A stretch of 11,616 bases of DNA, taken from NCBI GenBank assembly GCA_051294375.1, contig JBJCIZ010000486.1:1-11616 (forward strand), in the 5' to 3' direction. This document shows, in pieces, positions 1 through 8,176 of this stretch. This stretch comes from Paraspadella gotoi (Eukaryota; Animalia; Chaetognatha). The notes under the pieces were generated by a model. That model did no database searches. It saw only the letters and a program-made list of their open reading frames with translations, and was not told the origin of the DNA. The translations under genes were made by a program, and so were the position numbers. The number at the start of each line of letters is the position of its first letter. Positions within the stretch are counted from its first letter, which is position 1.

Positions 1-3000
1 TGATATTTAATAACTGTCCTCACCCAATTTTAACAACCTCGATGATGTTATTGCAGAAGTATTTAACGTTTTTATTTCTTTTTTTCTTTTGAAAATATCG
101 TTTTCCGGTGTTTTAGAAATTTTTTATCTCTTTTTTACATTGGAAAAGCGTTTTTCTTTGTTTTTTAAAGTTGTTATCTCTTTGGAAATATCGTCTGCCG
201 CTGTAATTTAAACGTTTTTATCACTTTTATTTAGAAAGTCGTTTATCGGTGTTTTTTTCTATTTTTTTTACATGAAAAAACGTTTGGCCGTTTTTTTAAA
301 GTCGTTTTCTGGTGTATTTAACTTTTTTATCTATTGAGAGTGAGAGAAGCTACATAAAATTAAAGGAGAAAAGAGAGAGAGAAGGAGACATAAAAATAAA
401 AGACAGGAATTTGTTTGTTTTGATAAAAAGAATTTAATAACTGTCCTCACCCAATTTTAACAACCTCGATGATGTTATTTGCAAAGTAATTTAACCGTTT
501 TATTTCTTTTTTCTTTGAAAATATCGTTTTCGGTATTTTAAAATTTTTTATTTCTTTTACATTAGAAAAAGCGTTTTTTCTTTGTTTTTAAAGTTGTTAT
601 CTCTTTGGAAATAACGTCTGCCGCTGTATTAACGTTTTTATCACTTTTTACTTTAGAAAGTCGTTTATCGTGTTTTTTTTATATTTTTTACATTGGAAAA
701 AACGTTTTGCCGTTTTTTTTTTTAAGTTTTTATTTCTTTTACATTGAAAAAAATCGTTCTGTTATTTTTAAAGTTTTCATATCTTTTTACAGAGTAAATT
801 CGTTTCTGGTGTATTAAGTTTTTATCTTTTGAGAGGGAGAGAAAGCTCATAATTAAGAGAAAAGAGAGAGAGAAAGGAGACATAAAATAAAAGAGAGGAA
901 ATTTGTTTTGTTTTGATAAAAATATATTTAATAACTGTCCTCACCCAATTTAACAACCTCGATGATGTTATTTGCAAGAAGTATTTTAACGTTTTTATTT
1001 CTTTTTTCTTTGAAAATATCGTTTTCCGGTGTTTTAGAAATTTTTTATCTCTTTTTACATTGGAAAAAGCGTTTTTCTTTGTTTTTAAAGTTGTATCTCT
1101 TTGGAAATGTCGTCTGCCGGTGTATTTAACGTTTTATTACTTTTAACTTTAGAAAGTCGTTTATCCGGTGTTTTTTAACTCTTTTTACATTGGAAAAAAC
1201 GTTTGCCTTTTTTTTTAAAGTTTTATTTCTTTTTACATTGGAAAAATCGTTTTCTGTTTTTTTTTTAATTTTCATATCTTTTTTACAGAGGAAAAAGTCG
1301 TTTTTCTGGTGTATTTAACGTTTTTTATCTATTGAGAGTGAGAGAAAGCTACATAAATTAAAGAAAAAGAGAGAGAGAAGGAGACATAAAAAATAAAAGA
1401 AAGAAATTTGTTTGTTTTATTAAAAAGATATTTAATAACTGTCCTCACCCAATTTTACAATTTCGTTGATGTTATTTGCAGAAGTATTAACCGTTTTATT
1501 TTTCTTTTTCTTTTTGAAAATATCGTTTTCCGGGTGTATGTTTTCAGAAATTTTTTATCTCTTTTTACATTGGAAAAAGCGTTTTTTTTGTTTAAAGTTT
1601 GTTATCTTCTTTGGAATATCGTTATCTGCCGCTGTATTTAACGTTTTTATCACTTACTTTAGAAATTTCGTTTATCGGTGTTTTTTTATATTTTTTACAT
1701 GGAAAAAACGTTTGCCGTTTTTTTTTTAAGTTTTTATTTCTTTTTACATGAAAAAAATCCGTTTTCTGTTATTTTTTAAAGTTTCATATCTTTTTTAGCG
1801 AGAAAAAAGGTTTGTTTTCTGGGTGTATTTAACGTTTTTATCTATTGAGAGTGAGAGAAAGCTACATAAAATTAAAGAGAAAGAGAGCAAAGAAGGAGAC
1901 TATAAAACAAAAGAGAGGAAATTTGTTTGTTTTGCATTAACAAGATATTTATAACTGTCCTCACCCAATTTTAACACCTCGATTGATGTTATTTGCAGAA
2001 GTATTTTAACGGTTTTATTTTTTTTTTTCCTTTGAAAATATCGTTTTCCCGCGTGTTTTATAAATTTTTTATCTCTTTTTACATTGGAAAAAGCGTTTTT
2101 CTTTGTTTTCATAAAGTGTGATCTCTTTGGAAATATCGTCTGCCGCTGTATTTAACGTTGTTTATCACTTTTTTACTTTAGAAAAGTCGTTATCGTGTTT
2201 TCTCTTTATATTTGTTTTTACATTGCGAAAAAACGTTTGCCGTTTTTTTAAAAGTTTTTATTTTCTTTTACTTGAAAAAATCGTTTTTCTGTTATTTTTA
2301 AAGTTTTCATATCTTGTTTAGCGCAGAACAAAGGTTGTTTTTTTTCTGGTGTATTTAACGTTATTTTCTATGAGAGTGAGAGAAAGCTACATCAAATTAA
2401 GAGGAAAAGAGAGCAGAGAAGGAGAATAAAATAAAAGAGAGGAAATTTGATTTGTTTTTGATTAAAAAGATATTTAATTAACTGTCCTCACCCAATTTTA
2501 ACAACCTCGATTGATGTTATTTGCAGAAGTATTTAAACGTTTTATTTCTCTTTTCTTTGAAAATATCGTTTTTTTTGTTTTCCGGTGTTTTTAGAAATTT
2601 TTATCTCTTTTTACATTGGTTAAAAAAGCGTTTTTCTATTGTTTTTAAGTGTTATTCTTTGGAAATATTCGCTCTGCCGCTGTATTAACGTTTTTATTCA
2701 CTTTTTACTTTAGAAAAGTCGTTTATCAGTTTTTTTTTATATTTTTTTACTATTGGAAGAAAACGTTTTGCCGTTTTTTTTAAAGTTTTTATTCTATTTT
2801 TACATTGAAAAAATTTCGTTTTCTGGTATTATTTAAAGTTTTCATATCTTTTTACAGAGAAAAAAGTCGTTTTTTCTGGTGTATTTAACGTGTTTATCTT
2901 TTGAGAGAGTGAGAGAAAGCTACATAAAATTAAAGAGGAAAAGATGAGAGAGAAGGAGACATAAAAATAAAAGTAGAGAAATTTGTTTGTTTTGATTAAA

Positions 3001-6000
3001 AAGATATTTATAAACTGTCTCACCCAATTTTAACACCTCGATGATGTTATTTGCAGAAGTTTTTAACGTTTTTATTTCTTTTTTCTTTGACAATATTTCG
3101 TTTTCCCGGTGTTTTAGAAATTTTTTATCTCTTTTTACATTGGAAAAAGCGTTTTCTTTGTTTTTAAAGTTGTATATCTCTTTGGAAATATTCGTCTGCC
3201 GCTGTATTTAACGTTTTTATCACTTTTACTTTAGAAGTCGTTTTATCCGTGTTTTTTTTATATTTTTTTACATTGGAAAAAACGTTGCGTTTTTTTTTTT
3301 TAAGTTTTAATTTCTTTTTAATTGAAAAAAATCATTTCGTTGTTATTTTTAAAGTTTCATATCTTTTTACAGAGAAAAAAAGTCGGTTTCCTGGCTGGTA
3401 CTTTAACGTTTATCTTGAGAGTGGAGAAAGCTACATTAAAATTAAAGAGGAAAAGAGGAGAGAGAAGGAGACATAAAAATAAAGAGAGGAAATTTTGTTT
3501 GTTTTTGATAAAAATATATTTTAAATAACTGTCCTCACCAATTTTAACAACCTCAGATGATTGTTATTTTCAGAAGTATTTAACGTTTTTATTTTCTTTT
3601 TTCTTTGAATATCGTTTTCCGGTGTTTTAGAAATTTTTGATCTCTTTTTACATTGGAAAAAAAGCGTTTTTCTTTGTTTTTAAAGTTGTTATCTTCTTTG
3701 GAATGTCGATCTTGCCGGTGTATTTAACGTTTTTATTACTTTTTACTTTAAGAAAAGTCGAGTTTATCGGTGTTTTTTTAACTTTTTACATTTGGAAAAA
3801 AACGTTTGCCAGTTTTTTTTTTTAAGTTTTTATTTCTTTTTACAATGGAAAAAAATCGTTTTCTGTTATTTTAAAGTTTCATAATCTTTTTACAGGAGAA
3901 AAGTCGTTTTCTTGGTGTATTTAAGTTTTATCTATTGAGAGTGAGAGAAAGCGACATAAAATTAAAGAGAAAGAGAGAGGAGAGGAGACATAAAATAAAG
4001 AGAGGAAATTTGTTGTTTTGATTAAAAGATATTTAATAACTGTTCCTCACCCAATTTTAACAACCTCGATTGATGTTTATTTGCAGACAGTATCGTTAAA
4101 CGTTTTATTCTTTTTCTTAAAAAATATTCGTGTTCCGGTGTTTTAGAAATTTTTTATCTCTTTTTAATGAAAAAAAGCGTTTTTCTTTGTTGTTAAAGTT
4201 GTTTCTCTTTGGAATATCGTTCTGCCGCTGTATTTAACGTTTTTTATCACTTTACTTTAGAAGGTCGTTATCGGGTGTTTTTTAACTCTTTTTACATTGA
4301 AAAAACGTTTTGCCGTTTTTTTTAAAAGTTTTTATTTCTATTTACATTTGGAAAAAATCGTTTTCTGTTATTTTTAAAGTTTATATCTTTTTAACAGAGA
4401 AAAATTTCGTTTTTCTGGTTGTATTTAACGTTTTTTATCTTTTGAGGTGAGAGAAGCTATCCAAAAATTAAAAGAGGAATAAAATAAAGAGAGGAAATTT
4501 GTTTGTTTTTGATGAAAAAGATATTTTAATAACTGGCCTCACCCAATTTTAAACAACCTCGATGATGTTATTGCAGAAGTATTTAACGTTTTTATTTCTT
4601 TTCTTAATAATATTCCGTTTTTCTGGTGTTTAGAAATTTTTTATCTCTTTTTACATTGGAAAAAACGTTTTTCTTTGTTTTATAAGTTGTTATCTCTTTG
4701 GAAATATCGCTTGCGGTTGTATTTAACATTTTATTATTCTTTACTTTAGAAAATCGTTTATCGGTGTTTTTTAACTCTTTTTACATTGCGAAAAAACATT
4801 TGCCGTTTTTTTTAAAGTTTTTATTTTTCTTTTTACATTTGGAAAAAAAATCGTTTTCTGTTTTTTTTTAAGTTTTCATATCTTTTTACAGAGAAAAGTC
4901 GTTTTTCTGGTGTATTTAACGTTTTCTATCTATTGAGAGTTGAGAGAAAGCTACATAAAATTAAAGAGAAAGAGAGAGAGAAGGAACATAAAAATATTAT
5001 ATGAGAGGAATTTGTTTGTTTTGATAAAGATATTTAATAACTGTTCCTCACCCAATTTTAACAACCTCGAATTTGATGTTATTTGGCAGAGTATTTAACG
5101 TTTTTATTCTTTTTTCTTTGAAAATTCGTTTTCCGGTGGTTTTTAGAAATTTTTTTATCTCTTTTTACATTGGGAAAAAAGCGTTTTTCTTTTTTTTAAG
5201 TTTAAATCTCTTTTGGGAAATATGTCATTTTGCCCGGCCTTTTGTATTTAACGTTTTTATCACTTTTTACTTAGAAAAGTCGTTTATCGGTGTTTTTTTT
5301 ATATTTTTTTACATTGAAAAACGTTTGCCCGTTTTTTTAAAAGTTTTTATTTCTTTTTACTTGAAAAAAAAAAATCGTTTTCTGTTATTTTTAAAGTTTT
5401 TATATTCTTGTTTAGCCGAGAAAAGTTGTTTTTTCTTGGTGTATTTAACGCGTTTTATCTGATGAGAGTGAGAGAAAGCACAGCAAATAATAAGAAAAGA
5501 GAGAAGAGAAGGAACATAAAGAATAAAAGAGAGGAAATTTGTTTTGTTTATAAAAGATATTTAATAACTGTCCTACCCAATTTAGACAACCGTAGATGAT
5601 GGTATTTGCAGAAGTATTTAACGTTTTTATGTTCTTTTTTCTTTAAATATCCGTTCCGGTTGTTTTAGAATTTTTATCTCTTTTACAGTGGAAAAAGCGT
5701 TTTCTTTGTTTGTTAAATTGTGATCTCTTGGAAATTATCGATCTGCCGCTGTATTTAACGGTTTGTTATCACTTTTAGCTTTAGAAAATGTTTATCGTGT
5801 TTTTTTTATATTTTTTTACATTGGAAAAAAACGTTTGCCGTTTTTTTAAAAAGTTTTTTTTTTCTTTTTACATTGAAAAAAATCGTTTTCTGTTATTTTT
5901 TAAAGTTTTCATATCTTTTACCAGAGAAAAGTCGTTTTCTGGTGTATTTAACGTTTTTAAATCCTTTTGAGAGTGAGAGAAAGCACCATAAAAACTTAAG

Positions 6001-6123
6001 AGGAAAAGAGAGAGAGAAGGAGACATAAAAATAAAAGGAGGAAATTTTGATTGTTGATAAAAAGATATTTAATAACTGTCCTCACCAATTTTAACAACCG
6101 ATGATGTTATTTGCAGAATTATT
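1..6123. repeat. AT-rich tandem satellite array, ~505 bp monomer, 12 full copies plus a truncated 13th; continues beyond the left edge
   Basis: The anchor TAACTGTCCTCACCCAATTTTAACAACCTCGATGATGTTATTTGCAGAAG recurs head-to-tail at about 11, 438, 932, 1436, 1952, 2479, 3011, 3526, 4037, 4530, 5038, 5565 and 6073. Spacings are 427-532 bp, mean about 505. Confidence 0.97.
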
Positions 6124-6851
6124 TGTGGGATTCGTTCCCGAATTTTTCCGGTCTCCGGAGCTCGGACGAATATAATCCTCAATGAGCCACAAGAAACTAT
6201 ATCATTATAAACTATTTTATATTAGAAGAATTAAATTAAACTTAAATCAAAACAGACAGGATCGAGAATTCGATCTGGAACCTTCTCCACCATGGGTGAA
6301 TGATTGGTACAATCCACCCATATGATTTATAACATGTAGATATTCCAACTTTTATTATTGTCATTGTTTATAGCCTGTTAAATAACTATTCTAAAACAAA
6401 TGAACAAAGGAAACACTTATAGATCAGTAGCTCTAAACTAGTGATAAACAATTCTACTTTGTTAAGTGAAACTTTTCACTATGTTTAACTCAATTCATCA
6501 AAGAAACTTATTGGTCATGGAGTCACTGCTTAACAAAAGATTATATTAATGCCTTGTTAGTAATATTAGTATTGCTGCATTGCTTGTGTTGCCTTTTTAT
6601 ATGCATATAGAATATCTATATGCTTTGATTATTTTATTAAAGGGTATTGTTTTTATTAATGAACAAAACAAGCTTTGTTCAAGACATTGTATCAAGGCTG
6701 CTAGGCAAGCTTGAGACACTCTGCGCTACGACGCCGATGGCACGACGCCTGATCTGAACGCCTTATCGTCTCTGATCCCACGGCGGTCAACGCGGCGTGG
6801 TAAACCTTTCCGGTCACGACGTCAATTCGGGACATCAAGTTGTTCACCACA
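6124..6851 (+). repeat. Putative 5' LTR (728 bp)
   Basis: Starts with TGTGG where satellite similarity stops and ends with its reverse complement CCACA (6847-6851), 1 nt before a TGG-starting PBS-like motif. No second LTR is in the window, so the left boundary and interior are unconfirmed. Confidence 0.65.
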
Positions 6852-6852
6852 T

Positions 6853-6867
6853 TGGTAAAACCCGGAC
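6853..6867 (+). promoter_or_regulatory. Putative primer-binding site, degenerate match to tRNA-Trp 3' end
   Basis: TGGTAAAACCCGGAC directly follows CCACA-T. The canonical tRNA-Trp PBS is TGGTGACCCCGAC. The match is imperfect and lies in an error-rich part of the sequence. Confidence 0.55.
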
Positions 6868-7062
6868 ATTTCGAACTCTTAGCGCCCCTCGATTCACCGA
6901 GGCGCCCACCAACCTTTCACGCGACTTTATGGCCGGCGCCTGCGCCACCGGGAAACCCCAATAAATAGCCGCCGCCCCGTAACAGGCGCCACGACCAGGT
7001 CTCAGGCAGCCTCCTTACGCGCCCGTACAGCGTGTACACGCGGCCGGCCTGTCCCCCGATCC

Positions 7063-8145
7063 GTGCCTAAAACGACGCAGGAAGTCGAAGCGCCCAGATC
7101 AATTTCGCCAGCGCCCGCAAACGTGCACGCACCTTCGTTTTTCCAACGGCCGATCAGGAGACTTTTCGTCGACGCTCCAACGGCTCCGCCCGAATATGGC
7201 AGAGGCGCCGCGACTCAGTCTGAAGTCGACGCCCTTCGAGCGGCCTCGACGCAGCAGATGCAGGCTCTCGGCAACTCGCGCCGCCCAAGACCCCTCTCCA
7301 GAGCCGACCAAGCCAAAAAAACCGGACCTGCTCCTTTTGACAAAGAAAAAATAGCAGAATTGGTAATGAGGGTGGAGTCCGCATATACTCGAGCCAGATG
7401 TCGTCAATGTAAAAGACCAAATTTCGCTTTCCTTGAGGCAAAAATATTTCAGTCGACGTTTGATCGAGCATATTCAAAAAACGCCTTTTGTACGGCGACC
7501 CTTCGGAGGCCAGATGGACGGCATTTCATTGAATACCTGGCGTACAGAATATTGGTTTGTACAAACGTCACAAGCGAGATCATTCCTCGATTGCCAAAAT
7601 AACGCTAAACGAAATGAAAACCGCGCAGCACCTTCGCCAGGTTGACCGAGAAAGCTTCCAAACCGTCACTATCGGACGATATATTGAAGGAGCTGGTCAT
7701 CCGAGGACTCCCGACGACCGTCCGCGCCAATGTCATAGACCGCGCCGAATCTGCGACCGCGGCCGAATTCGCCGCCATAGCGGACAAGCATTTTGACGCC
7801 GCCGGAAAACCTCTTCACCAGAGCGCTACTCATTCCATCAATGCGGTCTCCCACGACACGGATGAATCTGATTCTGCAGAAGATGATGAGCCACCAGAGG
7901 TCAACGCCGTAAACAGACGACGCGAGAACCGTTCCCAGCATTTCCAAAAACGGAATCAACCTCCAGGCGCCGCCAAATCGCACTCGGCAAAGCCAGATGG
8001 AGCCACCACTCCCAAGCTCAGGCAGGTGTGCCATTTTCACGCCAAGTACGGTGACGCCGCCTACCGCTGCGAGCGTGGCTGCGACCGCTATGGAGAGAAG
8101 CGCCCAAACAAGCAGGGAAACGGGCAGGCGGGCCGGCGCCGGTGA
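7063..8145 (+). CDS. gag: Gag polyprotein (capsid-like region, acidic spacer, CHCC nucleocapsid); frame-broken upstream of about 7680
   Basis: 7642-8145 reads DDILKELVIRGLPTTVR...AAIADKHF...VCHFHAKYGDAAYRCERGC...QGNGQAGRRR*. Upstream, Gag-like pieces are spread across frames (KPKKPDL / PFDKE / RVESAYTRA / VNVKD / FAFLEAK / LYGDPSEARWTAF / FIEYL). The start is uncertain (GTG at 7063). Confidence 0.85.
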
Positions 8146-8176
8146 ACGCCGTGCCACGCCATCTTGGAACTTCACC
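8115..8176 (+). promoter_or_regulatory. -1 programmed ribosomal frameshift signal (G_GGA_AAC plus predicted pseudoknot)
   Basis: GGGAAAC at 8115-8121 is phased X_XXY_YYZ in the gag frame (CAG GGA AAC) and pol is in the -1 frame. After a 5-nt spacer there is a 12-bp all-GC stem (8127-8138 with 8147-8160). Loop GGTGAA (8141-8146) is complementary to TTCACC (8171-8176). Confidence 0.85.

Noticed and set aside
605-5970. Thirteen short F/L/K-rich ORFs in the ORF track
   Set aside because: They are chance translations of the T-rich satellite. Frames differ between monomers and there are no protein motifs.
1-6123. CRISPR array or rolling-circle/subread concatemer
   Set aside because: The whole monomer repeats with no unique spacers and no cas genes. 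Monomers carry distinct recurring variants and all face the same way.
6182-6325. 47-codon ATG ORF (MSHKKLYHYK...WYNPPI*) in the LTR core
   Set aside because: Short, no recognisable motif, and in an error-prone region; compatible with chance.
6124-6851. Hammerhead ribozyme in the structured LTR
   Set aside because: I found no CUGANGA core with a matching GAAA on either strand by eye. An Infernal search would be needed to exclude other ribozymes.
6853-6880. tRNA gene on the minus strand (TTCGAA and CCA-like end)
   Set aside because: The T-stem would not pair and no cloverleaf continues; a PBS explains it better.
6959-6969. AATAAATAG as TATA box or poly(A) signal
   Set aside because: It lies downstream of the PBS-like site, outside the inferred LTR, and in noisy sequence; no function can be assigned.
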